From a virus, in IMG/VR virus record IMGVR_UViG_3300045988_169460: a stretch of DNA of 64,000 bases. One strand, written 5' to 3'. Below the pieces are notes generated by a model. The model was given only the letters and a program-made list of their open reading frames with translations, was not told where the DNA came from and made no database searches. This document shows, in pieces, positions 36,719 through 45,487 of the stretch (positions are counted from its first letter, which is position 1; every line of letters starts with the position of its first letter). Made by a program: the position numbers and the translations under genes.

Positions 36719-36976
36719 ATGCAGAAATTTAAGTTGAGAAATAAAGACCTAGATACTTTAATGGGGATTTATAGAAACAGTTCAATGATTTTTATAAAAA
36801 TAAATCAGTTAACACTACATCAATTTTTCTACGCACATATATCACAAGAAGCAATGGAAAGAAATGAGCCTATTCCTGTTAGAGAAGCTAATATTATGAC
36901 TAGTCGAGTATTGTTTTGGATGCTAGCAAGGGATTTTCTATATTTTTTTAAAAATATTGATGAGGAATGGGAATGA
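36719..36976 (+). CDS. small protein, EWE tail
   Basis: ends DEEWE with AATGGGAATGA. Confidence 0.55.
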   Translation: MQKFKLRNKDLDTLMGIYRNSSMIFIKINQLTLHQFFYAHISQEAMERNEPIPVREANIMTSRVLFWMLARDFLYFFKNIDEEWE

Positions 36977-37224
36977 GAAAAAAATATAGTTTTAGAAGTT
37001 ATGTAACAATAAATTTTTTACAAAATATATTTCCTTTAACTGCTAATGAATGTAGAAAAGTATTAAAATGTGAATATTTTGAAGCAGAAGAAATAAGGAT
37101 TAATTTACATAATTGTTTATTTATATATTTAGAGATAGATAATAAGGTAAGAAGATTTGTGGTTACAGAAAAAGAATTAAAATATTTTAGCAAAGAATTT
37201 AAAGGATTTTATGGATGGGAGTAA
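36973..37224 (+). CDS. small protein, GWE tail
   Basis: ATG overlaps upstream TGA; ends FYGWE with GATGGGAGTAA. Confidence 0.55.
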   Translation: MRKKYSFRSYVTINFLQNIFPLTANECRKVLKCEYFEAEEIRINLHNCLFIYLEIDNKVRRFVVTEKELKYFSKEFKGFYGWE

Positions 37225-37229
37225 GAAAC

Positions 37230-37718
37230 ATGAAAATTATAGCAGTAGATTTTGATGGAACATTATGTGAAAATAAGTACCCAGAAATAGGTGAGCCTGT
37301 TATTGGGTATTATCGAGGGTGGAAAGGTGATAAATACTTTTCTTGTCGCTTTCATTTTATTAAGCTTTTAATAGCTTTGCAAGAAATGGGGAATAAAATA
37401 ATTCTTTTTACTTGCAGAGGTGGGGAACAATTAGAAGAAGCTGTAAGTTGGTGCGATAATCTATTTGGATTAAAGTTTGATGCAGTTAATAATGATGTAG
37501 AAGAAACTTTACAAAGGTATGCTCCAACTCTTGAATTAAGAAATCAATTATCTGCTACAAGAAAGATTTATGCAGATGTTTATATAGATGACAGAAATTT
37601 AAATGCAGATGAATATTTAGAGAAGAATTTAATTTTATTAGATGCAAAATCTTTATATGATATGGGGATAACAGAAAATGCTACAGAATTTTTAATTGAA
37701 AGGGTGTTGAATAAATGA
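37230..37718 (+). CDS. HAD-superfamily phosphatase/nucleotidase-like protein
   Basis: KIIAVDFDGTLC motif I; ATG 8 nt after GGGAG of the junction motif. Confidence 0.6.
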   Translation: MKIIAVDFDGTLCENKYPEIGEPVIGYYRGWKGDKYFSCRFHFIKLLIALQEMGNKIILFTCRGGEQLEEAVSWCDNLFGLKFDAVNNDVEETLQRYAPTLELRNQLSATRKIYADVYIDDRNLNADEYLEKNLILLDAKSLYDMGITENATEFLIERVLNK

Positions 37719-38077
37719 GAAAAATAGTTGTGGCTGGTACAAGAGAATTTAATGATTATAGATTATTATGTGATGTTTTAGATTTTCATATAAATGGTGA
37801 ACAAGTAATTATAATTAGTGGTAATGCTAAAGGGGCAGATTCAATGGGAGAGGTTTATGCTTCTTCTCATAATTTGAAATGTGTAAAATTTCCCCCTGAT
37901 TATGAGACTTATCCTTCTAAAGTAGCCCCATTAAAAAGAAACGAGGAAATGGCAAAGGAAGCTACAGAAGGAATTATATTTTGGGACGGTGTTTCAAGAG
38001 GTACTTGGAATATGATTCAGCAATTAAGAAAATATAAGAAAAAAGTAACTATTATTAACTATAGGAAGTTAGTGTAA
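37715..38077 (+). CDS. SLOG/DUF2493-like Rossmann protein
   Basis: VVAGTREFNDY...IISGNAKGADSMGE pattern. Confidence 0.55.
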   Translation: MRKIVVAGTREFNDYRLLCDVLDFHINGEQVIIISGNAKGADSMGEVYASSHNLKCVKFPPDYETYPSKVAPLKRNEEMAKEATEGIIFWDGVSRGTWNMIQQLRKYKKKVTIINYRKLV

Positions 38078-38078
38078 A

Positions 38079-38687
38079 ATGGATAATTGCGAATTTTATT
38101 TATTATATAGCGGCGGGTATGATAGCACTGTGTTGCTTTATGATTTTATTGATAAATTACCTAATAAATTGACAGTAATACATATTGTTACTCAGTATAA
38201 TCAAGAAGAAACAAAAGCGGCAAGAGAGATAATTGAATTAGTAAAAGACAAAATTCTTAACTATATTGAATTAGAAATGCCTGTTTATAAAACAGAAATA
38301 GAATATATTCCATACAGAAATGCTCAATTTATATTAAGAGCACTTTCAACCTTGACAATTAAAGCAGGATGTGCTATAATATTATTAGGGTTGATAAGAG
38401 TAGAAGAACCTTTTCCTGATTGCACACAGTATTGGTTAAAAACAATGGAGAAATTAGTTCAAGTAGAAAATCCTCATATTGGATTAGAAGCACCTTATAT
38501 TAACAATACTAAAGATGAAATTTATACTGTAGGATGTAAGTTTAAGGTTCCTTTAAGAAATACTTTTAGTTGTAACTTTCCTGTAGATGGTGCAGAATGC
38601 GGGGAATGTGGAAACTGTAAATGGAAAGCAAAACATAAATATCCTAATTATTTTAGAGTTATAGAAGGAGGTAGAAACAATGTTTAA
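38079..38687 (+). CDS. queC: 7-cyano-7-deazaguanine synthase
   Basis: LLYSGGYDSTVLL PP-loop; C-terminal CNF...CGECGNCKWK zinc cluster. Confidence 0.8.
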   Translation: MDNCEFYLLYSGGYDSTVLLYDFIDKLPNKLTVIHIVTQYNQEETKAAREIIELVKDKILNYIELEMPVYKTEIEYIPYRNAQFILRALSTLTIKAGCAIILLGLIRVEEPFPDCTQYWLKTMEKLVQVENPHIGLEAPYINNTKDEIYTVGCKFKVPLRNTFSCNFPVDGAECGECGNCKWKAKHKYPNYFRVIEGGRNNV

Positions 38688-38880
38688 AATTATTAATGGT
38701 AAGGGAACAGGTTCTAACACACAAAAGAGTGCAGTGAATACCTCCCCACAAGTGAAGATTACTAGCCCAGCAACAAGAAGAAGTTTATCTTGGCTTAGAA
38801 GGGTGCAAACAAGTTTAACTCCAAGAACAAAAAAAGCTTTAGATTGGTTAGAAGCCAATAGTGTTAGATTACCTAAATAA
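38680..38880 (+). CDS. small basic protein
   Basis: ORF between queC and the dpdA-like gene. Confidence 0.45.
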   Translation: MFKIINGKGTGSNTQKSAVNTSPQVKITSPATRRSLSWLRRVQTSLTPRTKKALDWLEANSVRLPK

Positions 38881-38895
38881 TAGGAGAATTAGTTA

Positions 38896-40737
38896 ATGAA
38901 AAATGGATATACGTTATTTCTTTCTGGTGTTGAACCAGAAGAAAATTTCTATACTGCAATAGATGTTACCTCTAGTCTATTGCAGTCTTATTGGTATATA
39001 AAGCGGCGTGGAAAAGATAAAATTGTAGAGCGTTTTGATAAAGTTAAGAAAAATTCTTTGTTAATTGATAGTGGAGCACATACTTTTCTCACCTTAGCAG
39101 AATATCAAGATAAGACAGTAGATTATTGGGAAGAGTATATAAAAGGATATATAGCTTTTGTAAGAAAACATAGAGAAAAAGTATTTGCTTGTGTTGAAAT
39201 GGATATAGATACTTTAGTAGGAACAGAACAAGTAAATAAATGGAGAGAAGAATACTTTCATTCTTTAGAGGAAGAGGGCATTTCTGTTATTTATGTTTAT
39301 CATGCAGAAAAGGGATTGGAAGAGTGGGAAAGAATGTGTAAAACATATTCCTATGTTGGGTTCTCTTACAATGAATTTGAAGATGCTATTTTAATTGATA
39401 AATTATTTGAAATAGCAATGGAATATAAAACTAAAGTACATGGTTTTGCAGTATCGGGATATAGAGAATTATTAAAACATGAGTATTATACAAGTGACAG
39501 TACAAGTTGGATTACAGGAGCTCAATATGGAGAATTAAACTATTTTGAAGGTGGGAAATTAAAACGGCTCACAAAAGAAAAATGGAAAAATGAATATTAT
39601 GCAAAAATACTTGATTTATGTACAAGTAAAAAGTTATTAGAAGCAGAAGCTCCTTATGAATTAATGCGTATTAGTGCTTTAAGTTATAAGAAATTAGAAG
39701 AGCATGTAAATGATATATTTAGAGGCAAAAGATATTGGATTGGAAGAAAGGAAGTGTCTAAAGTAGCGAGTAAGGGAAATTTACCGCCAGTAGAGTGGTT
39801 TTCAACTGATATGGAAGATTGGCAAGAATGGGCACAGAAATTAAATATAGACACGAATCTTCCTGATGAAGCAGGTAAATCATTAATTGTTGCTTGTTAC
39901 AATTTTGTGACAGATAATCCTATTATAAATGAGTATCCTCTCGAAGAATTAATTGACTTATGTGGACTTTTTGGTGATAAGAAGTCGAATACTCTTACTA
40001 AGTGCCGAAAAGCCCTTAAAGAGCACTTTACAGCTCTCTTAAAGGGTAGTATGGATTTATCCACTTTGACAGAAGAAGAAGTAGAAGAGAAAAAAAATGT
40101 AGTTCCAAAAGAGCGGGAAGAGTATGTTCAAGAAAAAGAGTATGTAGAATGTACTGTTAGCAAGGAAGAGTGTCAAGGTTTATTAAAAGGGTTATTAACT
40201 TCTGGTGTGACAGATGAAGCAGAGAAAGCTTTAATTGAACAGGGAATAGAGCCTATTTATGATGAGAATGGAAACATTAAAGCAGGTATTAAACGAATAA
40301 AGAAAAGAAAATCTTTAAGTTCAAGTGTGATGCCAGAGTTAAGTTGCAATATTTGTACTAAAGCACGGAGATGTCCTTTATATGAAGAAGGAATGCTTTG
40401 TGCTTATAATAAAATGTTTAAGCAATTTGATACAAGAAATCCCGAAGATGTAGTAGATGCTATGAGCAGTATTGCAAATTTAAGTTTAGAAAGATTATCA
40501 AGGGCTGTGACATTTGAAAAATTAGATGGTGGCTTAAATACTAAAGAGGTAACAGAGACAATGGCAGAAGCATGGAAATATCTTGAAAAGATACAAGAAA
40601 TTCAAACAAAGAGTGATAAAGTTATAGCAGAGCGTAGAGTTGTAACTTCTTCTAACGGCGATGTAGAAGTAAGAGAAAGTGTAACAGGAAATCCGCAAGG
40701 TTTATTGTCTGAGATTCTAAAAACAAAAAAAAGTTGA
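38896..40737 (+). CDS. dpdA: DpdA-like DNA-guanine transglycosylase with ~300-aa C-terminal extension
   Basis: LLIDSGAHTF resembles the TGT/DpdA catalytic DSGGFQ segment; adjacent to queC and near queD/queE. Confidence 0.55.
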   Translation: MKNGYTLFLSGVEPEENFYTAIDVTSSLLQSYWYIKRRGKDKIVERFDKVKKNSLLIDSGAHTFLTLAEYQDKTVDYWEEYIKGYIAFVRKHREKVFACVEMDIDTLVGTEQVNKWREEYFHSLEEEGISVIYVYHAEKGLEEWERMCKTYSYVGFSYNEFEDAILIDKLFEIAMEYKTKVHGFAVSGYRELLKHEYYTSDSTSWITGAQYGELNYFEGGKLKRLTKEKWKNEYYAKILDLCTSKKLLEAEAPYELMRISALSYKKLEEHVNDIFRGKRYWIGRKEVSKVASKGNLPPVEWFSTDMEDWQEWAQKLNIDTNLPDEAGKSLIVACYNFVTDNPIINEYPLEELIDLCGLFGDKKSNTLTKCRKALKEHFTALLKGSMDLSTLTEEEVEEKKNVVPKEREEYVQEKEYVECTVSKEECQGLLKGLLTSGVTDEAEKALIEQGIEPIYDENGNIKAGIKRIKKRKSLSSSVMPELSCNICTKARRCPLYEEGMLCAYNKMFKQFDTRNPEDVVDAMSSIANLSLERLSRAVTFEKLDGGLNTKEVTETMAEAWKYLEKIQEIQTKSDKVIAERRVVTSSNGDVEVRESVTGNPQGLLSEILKTKKS

Positions 40738-40762
40738 CAATAATCCCTTAATATGGTATAAT
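40734..40762 (+). promoter_or_regulatory. sigma-A-type promoter with -10 box in a terminator loop
   Basis: TTGACA (contains the dpdA stop TGA), 17-nt spacer, TGgTATAAT. Confidence 0.7.
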
Positions 40763-40788
40763 AAAACTATATTAAGGGATTTTTTTTA
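40743..40788 (+). terminator. terminator hairpin enclosing the -10 box
   Basis: 12-bp stem ATCCCTTAATAT / ATATTAAGGGAT, 14-nt loop, T8. Confidence 0.7.
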
Positions 40789-40802
40789 AGAGGTGGCAAT
40801 AA

Positions 40803-41120
40803 ATGAAGAGAATTAGTTATGGAAAAAGATTTAGATTATTAGAAGAAGGGTATATTGGATACAAGTGGTTTTCTAAAGGGTCAATATTTATGGCTACAGG
40901 ATTAATTAGTTTTATGGGTAATAATATATTCCGTGTTTATAATCCTGATGGCAGTTTAAGACAAGATTTGCATACTGGTAATGGACATGTAAATTTTTTT
41001 TTAAGTTTATCTCCTATATCAAAAGATGAGCTTTTAGCATCAGAAGAATGTTATTGGTTTTTAAATGATATAGAATTAAGAACTTATTTTAAAGAAATTG
41101 TCTATGAGGAATGGGAGTAA
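40803..41120 (+). CDS. small protein, EWE tail, family B
   Basis: paralog of 41126-41434; ends YEEWE. Confidence 0.6.
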   Translation: MKRISYGKRFRLLEEGYIGYKWFSKGSIFMATGLISFMGNNIFRVYNPDGSLRQDLHTGNGHVNFFLSLSPISKDELLASEECYWFLNDIELRTYFKEIVYEEWE

Positions 41121-41125
41121 GAGTT

Positions 41126-41434
41126 ATGAAAAAATACAAAGAAACTTTTATAGTAAAAAGTCAGTTTTCTGATGGATTAAGGACTTTTCCTAAAGGAACA
41201 ATATTTGAAAGCACAGGAGTTTTTTTTGGCATTGAAACACTTTTTTGTGTTTACTATCCCGATGGAGTTCCTTATGCTTGTTTACATGATGGCAATAGTG
41301 CTCAAATAATGCTTTTAAATAGAACACCTTTAACATTAGCTGAAATTCGAGCACAAGGTGATTGTCATTGGTGGGTTAGAAATTCTGATATTGATGAATA
41401 TTTTATACCAAAATCATCTTTAGAATGGGAGTGA
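41126..41434 (+). CDS. small protein, EWE tail, family B
   Basis: ATG 8 nt after GGGAG; ends SLEWE. Confidence 0.6.
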   Translation: MKKYKETFIVKSQFSDGLRTFPKGTIFESTGVFFGIETLFCVYYPDGVPYACLHDGNSAQIMLLNRTPLTLAEIRAQGDCHWWVRNSDIDEYFIPKSSLEWE

Positions 41435-41439
41435 AAAAA

Positions 41440-41703
41440 TTGAACATAATACTAGGAGAATATTTTATAGTTACTAGACCTTTTAGATATGAGGGCAATG
41501 TATTTCATAAAGATGATTTATTACGTGTAGCTAAAATATATAGTTGGTCTAAAGTTTTAGTTTCCAATAGAGCTTGGATATCAACTAAAGTAGGACACAC
41601 AGACCCAAAAAATCAATATAGTTTTGGTGAAGAAACAAATTGGAATATTGATACAGAATATTTATTTAAAAATTGTGTTCCTTATAGGTCAGAATGGGAG
41701 TAG
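41440..41703 (+). CDS. small protein, EWE tail, family A
   Basis: TTG 8 nt after GGGAG; NQYSFG...NW motif; ends RSEWE. Confidence 0.6.
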   Translation: MNIILGEYFIVTRPFRYEGNVFHKDDLLRVAKIYSWSKVLVSNRAWISTKVGHTDPKNQYSFGEETNWNIDTEYLFKNCVPYRSEWE

Positions 41704-41708
41704 TGGAG

Positions 41709-42065
41709 ATGAAATATAAAGCAGGAGATGTAGTAAAAATTGACAAAACAAGATTTGTTATAGAAAGAGTTACTAAAAAAGGCTATATTTTATTTCCTCA
41801 TATAGGATTTTTCGTAAAGGATTGCCAAATAAATAAAAAAATTAAAGTGAAGAAATCTTATGAATTAGGAGATAAATTCAAATGTCTATGTGACTTTAGT
41901 TCAGGGACTTCTGTGGCGAAAAAAGACAAACATTATATTTGTACACAGAAATTTTCAGATGGCACATATATGCTTACAAGAATAAAAAATAAAGAAGAGA
42001 AATTAAGAGTGAATACAAATCAGATTCATGCTTATTTTAGACATTATTTTGGAGGTTGGGAATAG
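41709..42065 (+). CDS. small protein, GWE tail
   Basis: ATG 8 nt after GGGAG; ends FGGWE. Confidence 0.55.
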   Translation: MKYKAGDVVKIDKTRFVIERVTKKGYILFPHIGFFVKDCQINKKIKVKKSYELGDKFKCLCDFSSGTSVAKKDKHYICTQKFSDGTYMLTRIKNKEEKLRVNTNQIHAYFRHYFGGWE

Positions 42066-42268
42066 TGCCAATAGGAACAAGAGTAAGAATAAGAGAAGAT
42101 TTAAAAACTACAGAAACTTATGGTGGCGTAAGAGTTATAGAAGATATGCTAGTTTATGCAGGTAAAGAAACAACAATAATTTGGCATGAAGCTAATGTAT
42201 ATCATATACTTTTAGATGATGGTTTTTACTATTGGACAGATGAAATGTTTATTAGTGAATGGGAATAA
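42065..42268 (+). CDS. small protein, EWE tail, family C
   Basis: PIGTRVRIREDLK...YYWTDEMF; paralog of 45232 and 50088; ends ISEWE. Confidence 0.6.
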   Translation: MPIGTRVRIREDLKTTETYGGVRVIEDMLVYAGKETTIIWHEANVYHILLDDGFYYWTDEMFISEWE

Positions 42269-42275
42269 AAAAGTC

Positions 42276-42304
42276 TTGACAAAATAAAATAGTTGTGGTA
42301 TAAT
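42276..42304 (+). promoter_or_regulatory. sigma-A-type promoter (identical copy at 43135)
   Basis: TTGACA, 17-nt spacer, TGgTATAAT. Confidence 0.7.
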
Positions 42305-42337
42305 AAGTGCATAAGATATTGAAAGAGAGGTTATAAC

Positions 42338-43129
42338 ATGTGTATTATAATTTATAAACCAGCAAAAGCTACACTAAAAAAAGAAACATTAAAAACAGCA
42401 TTTGAAAACAATCCTGATGGTGCAGGATTTATGTACCAATCTGATTTACTTGAAGCTCCTAAAATGCAAAAGGGATTTTTTGATTTTGATAAATTTTATG
42501 AGGCATATGAGAAAGTGGCTGAAAGTGATAAAGGTTATAATATTGCTGTTCATTTTAGAATTGCAACGCATGGAGCTGTTAATAGTTTAAACTGTCATCC
42601 TTTTATTGTTAAAGAAAGTGTTGAAAAAACTATTAGCGAAAAAGGACAGTATAGTTCTTTATTTATGCAAAATGGTGTTATTAAAAGTATTTCTGTAAAT
42701 AAGAAAGATAAATATAGCGATACTTGTAATTTCACCTATAAAATTATGTCTAAAATTAAAACATTAACAAGCATGAAGATAAAAGATATTCTGGAAACTA
42801 TTGAATCTCCAAGTAGATTTTGTTTAATGCAAGAAGGGCGAAAACCTTTATTGATTGGTAGTTTCAAAAAAGATGGTGGAGTAAGCTTTAGTAATGAATC
42901 CTATAAAGAAATAAAAATTGTTACTTCTTATCCTACTACTTTTGAAACTTATTTACTTGCATTCGAAGATTGCGATGCAAAAGATATTAGAGATATTGAA
43001 ACAGAACTTAAAGATGACCAATGTGGAATTATTGATGCTTATAATGTAGGAGATGTGACTTTCTTTGAAACGAACTATCTCCCTATTAGAGAAAAGATTG
43101 CAGGTAAAGAATTTCGATGTTATCGTTGA
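42338..43129 (+). CDS. class-II (Ntn) glutamine amidotransferase-like protein
   Basis: N-terminal MC nucleophile, NPDGAGF, HFRIATHG, NCHPF motifs. Confidence 0.7.
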   Translation: MCIIIYKPAKATLKKETLKTAFENNPDGAGFMYQSDLLEAPKMQKGFFDFDKFYEAYEKVAESDKGYNIAVHFRIATHGAVNSLNCHPFIVKESVEKTISEKGQYSSLFMQNGVIKSISVNKKDKYSDTCNFTYKIMSKIKTLTSMKIKDILETIESPSRFCLMQEGRKPLLIGSFKKDGGVSFSNESYKEIKIVTSYPTTFETYLLAFEDCDAKDIRDIETELKDDQCGIIDAYNVGDVTFFETNYLPIREKIAGKEFRCYR

Positions 43130-43134
43130 AAAGT

Positions 43135-43163
43135 CTTGACAAAATAAAATAGTTGTGGTATAA
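43135..43163 (+). promoter_or_regulatory. sigma-A-type promoter (identical copy at 42276)
   Basis: TTGACA, 17-nt spacer, TGgTATAAT. Confidence 0.7.
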
Positions 43164-43196
43164 TATAAATACACTAAAAATAAAGGAGATAATAGT

Positions 43197-43589
43197 ATGA
43201 ATTTTCGCATTAACGATGTAGTAACATTAAAACAAGGATTGACAGGTGAAAAAGAAAAGTATAGTGGCAAGACTTTAATGATTCGAGCGATTTCTGATGG
43301 TAATTACATTATGAAAGTACCAAATAAAACTGCACCAAAAGACAATCGTGAACTTATGGATGTAAGTTTTAATGACACTGATATTCAATTAAATCCTTTA
43401 GAAGTAAAGGTAGAAACTGATTCTGATGGGATAATTGATATTATGGCTAAAAATTCAAAAGATGAATGGATTGCAATTTTACGGTTACAGGATGGAGAAT
43501 TATTGCGTAAAAAAGATTTAGCAAAACAAGGTTTTTCTGGCTTGAAGTTAGACTTTAAAGGAAGACTTCGGTTAGTAACCAGTTATTAA
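43197..43589 (+). CDS. hypothetical protein
   Basis: ATG after AAGGAG. Confidence 0.55.
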   Translation: MNFRINDVVTLKQGLTGEKEKYSGKTLMIRAISDGNYIMKVPNKTAPKDNRELMDVSFNDTDIQLNPLEVKVETDSDGIIDIMAKNSKDEWIAILRLQDGELLRKKDLAKQGFSGLKLDFKGRLRLVTSY

Positions 43590-43897
43590 TGTTACCTGAA
43601 TATATAAGTGCTGAAAATGGAATAAAGTATGTGCCTTTTACTGGCAATATTTTATTCCTTAAAAGTATATTATATGAACACAATAATTTTCCAATAAGAT
43701 TACTTTTAGAAGAAGAACAATTATCCGCTTTTATCATTGTTTACGTAACAGCAAAGAACTTAATTTGTGTGGATACAAGTTCAGAAGGTAAATTGTTTGA
43801 AAGTATTTTAAAAATACCTGTTAGCACTTTAAAAGAGCGTGTGTTTGAGGGAATAAATTATGAAATTTACATTAAACAAACTGCTTTAGGAGAGTAG
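43589..43897 (+). CDS. hypothetical protein
   Basis: TAATG overlap. Confidence 0.5.
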   Translation: MLPEYISAENGIKYVPFTGNILFLKSILYEHNNFPIRLLLEEEQLSAFIIVYVTAKNLICVDTSSEGKLFESILKIPVSTLKERVFEGINYEIYIKQTALGE

Positions 43898-43900
43898 CCA

Positions 43901-44236
43901 ATGAAAAGATATCACATAGCAGTAAAATTTGATAAAGAAAAGATAGCAAATATAGATTTCTGTAAATTACATTTAATATTTACTAAACATTTTAAACAAA
44001 GAGCATGTTTAAAAAGGATTCCTAAGCCTTATAAAGCTCTGTTAAAAAGGGGCAAGATTTTTGAATATTATACAGATGATAATGAAAATTTGCTTAAATT
44101 TGTCATACGTTGTAAATACAATGAAAATTGTGATGTTTGTTATGTGTTAACTCCTACTGGCAGGGTTATTACTGGTTGGTGGCAAGATACAAATGATAGT
44201 CATTCAACATTAAAAATAAATTTATATGAAAGGTGA
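43901..44236 (+). CDS. hypothetical protein
   Basis: ORF packed on same strand. Confidence 0.5.
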   Translation: MKRYHIAVKFDKEKIANIDFCKLHLIFTKHFKQRACLKRIPKPYKALLKRGKIFEYYTDDNENLLKFVIRCKYNENCDVCYVLTPTGRVITGWWQDTNDSHSTLKINLYER

Positions 44237-44243
44237 TAAGAAT

Positions 44244-44762
44244 ATGAATAAGAAAACTGATGAAATTAAAAAAAGTGGAGATGAAGATTTTCAAGCATTT
44301 GTAGACCTTTGTTCTGCTATTTTGCTTGGTGAGGATAAGAGAGCAGAATCAGTAAAGAAAGCAACTAAAGAACCTGATAATGCTGGTATCCCTAAAGGTT
44401 ATACTATTGACACTAAATATTGGAAGCAATTTCCTCAATTAAAATCAGGAATGCTAGTTTTAGTTTCAAATGGTTGCTGGGGCAAAATTTCCGAAGATTG
44501 GGAAACTGGTCGTCTTTATTTTTATCATAAAGGAGAAGCTACTTCTTTAGATGAATTGCAAAAACAAACTGGAAAAGGTTTAGAAAAATTATTTATAGAA
44601 GTATATGTTCCTAAGAATCAGTATGCAATTCATTCATACAATCCTGAGAATTTTAATTTGCATTATACTTGTTTGAAAAAGAAACCTGAAAAAGTGCGTA
44701 TTTCTTTAGCAGAATTGCTGAAAAGAGCGGGGTTAGAAGGAAAGGAAGTTGAAATTCATTAA
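44244..44762 (+). CDS. hypothetical protein
   Basis: ATG 7 nt after AGGTGA. Confidence 0.5.
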   Translation: MNKKTDEIKKSGDEDFQAFVDLCSAILLGEDKRAESVKKATKEPDNAGIPKGYTIDTKYWKQFPQLKSGMLVLVSNGCWGKISEDWETGRLYFYHKGEATSLDELQKQTGKGLEKLFIEVYVPKNQYAIHSYNPENFNLHYTCLKKKPEKVRISLAELLKRAGLEGKEVEIH

Positions 44763-44986
44763 TGTTTGGATGTGCGGCTTGTTTAACGATTTTTTTATTC
44801 ACTATTAACTTATTAGGCTATGTCTCTTTAAGTTATTGGATTATTTTCGCTCCAGTTATGTTTGCCTTTGGCATTACAGCTCTTTTTGGACTATTTGCAG
44901 TAGGTATTATAGCGACAATGGATTATATTGTTACATCAGAAAGGTTTAAAGAATGGAAGGACTTACACAAACAAGAAAAGAATTAA
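44762..44986 (+). CDS. membrane protein
   Basis: two TM segments; TAATG overlap. Confidence 0.55.
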   Translation: MFGCAACLTIFLFTINLLGYVSLSYWIIFAPVMFAFGITALFGLFAVGIIATMDYIVTSERFKEWKDLHKQEKN

Positions 44987-45165
44987 TAGAATCTGCTATT
45001 AAGCTTCTTTTAGATTGCGATGATTATGAAGGTTTAAATTTTAAAGAATACGATACGACACAAGAAATAGTAGAAATTCCAAGTAAAGAATTTGAGCTTT
45101 TACACAAACTTTCCCGAATTGGAAGTTTGTTTGTACTTTCTATTTTAGAGAGTGAGCAAAAATAG
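44953..45165 (+). CDS. hypothetical protein
   Basis: ORF overlapping the upstream 3' end. Confidence 0.45.
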   Translation: MEGLTQTRKELIESAIKLLLDCDDYEGLNFKEYDTTQEIVEIPSKEFELLHKLSRIGSLFVLSILESEQK

Positions 45166-45166
45166 T

Positions 45167-45195
45167 TTGACAAAATCCCTTACATGTGATATAAT
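45167..45195 (+). promoter_or_regulatory. sigma-A-type promoter with -10 box in a terminator loop
   Basis: TTGACA, 17-nt spacer, TGaTATAAT. Confidence 0.7.
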
Positions 45196-45214
45196 GCATA
45201 TGTAAGGGATTTTT
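45175..45214 (+). terminator. terminator hairpin enclosing the -10 box
   Basis: 11-bp stem ATCCCTTACAT / ATGTAAGGGAT, 14-nt loop, T5. Confidence 0.7.
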
Positions 45215-45231
45215 ACTAAGGAGGCTTGCAA

Positions 45232-45450
45232 ATGATACCAATAGGAACAAGAGTAAGAATAAGAGAAGATTTAAAATTAGGTGTACTTTATAAAAACAGA
45301 AATAATAAACGTGCTATGCATGCTTGTAGAGGCATGTTATTATTGGCTGGTAAAAAAGCGTACATAACAAATAATGTTAATAATATTTACTCTATAGATA
45401 ATGGTTTTTATTATTGGACAGATGGAATGTTTGAAACTGAATGGGAATAA
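45232..45450 (+). CDS. small protein, EWE tail, family C
   Basis: ATG 7 nt after AGGAGG; IPIGTRVRIREDLK...YYWTDGMFETEWE. Confidence 0.6.
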   Translation: MIPIGTRVRIREDLKLGVLYKNRNNKRAMHACRGMLLLAGKKAYITNNVNNIYSIDNGFYYWTDGMFETEWE

Positions 45451-45458
45451 AAAAAGTC

Positions 45459-45487
45459 TTGACAAAATAAAAAGAAAATGATATAAT
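45459..45487 (+). promoter_or_regulatory. sigma-A-type promoter
   Basis: TTGACA, 17-nt spacer, TGaTATAAT. Confidence 0.7.

Noticed and set aside
38896-40737. Large terminase or portal identity for the 613-aa ORF
   Set aside because: No Walker A/B ATPase or terminase nuclease motifs. The N-terminal DSG-containing segment and the queC adjacency favour a DpdA/TGT-like enzyme. This assignment still needs a profile search.
41111-41125. MGV(R/K/V)-type N-termini given by the ORF track (starts at the ATG inside the junction motif, e.g. 36967, 37215, 41111, 41425, 41694, 52967)
   Set aside because: That ATG is part of AATGGGAG itself and has no SD upstream. A start codon lies 15 nt further on, 8 nt after GGGAG, in each SD-type case. 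The downstream starts were used. N-terminal proteomics could still show use of the upstream ATG.
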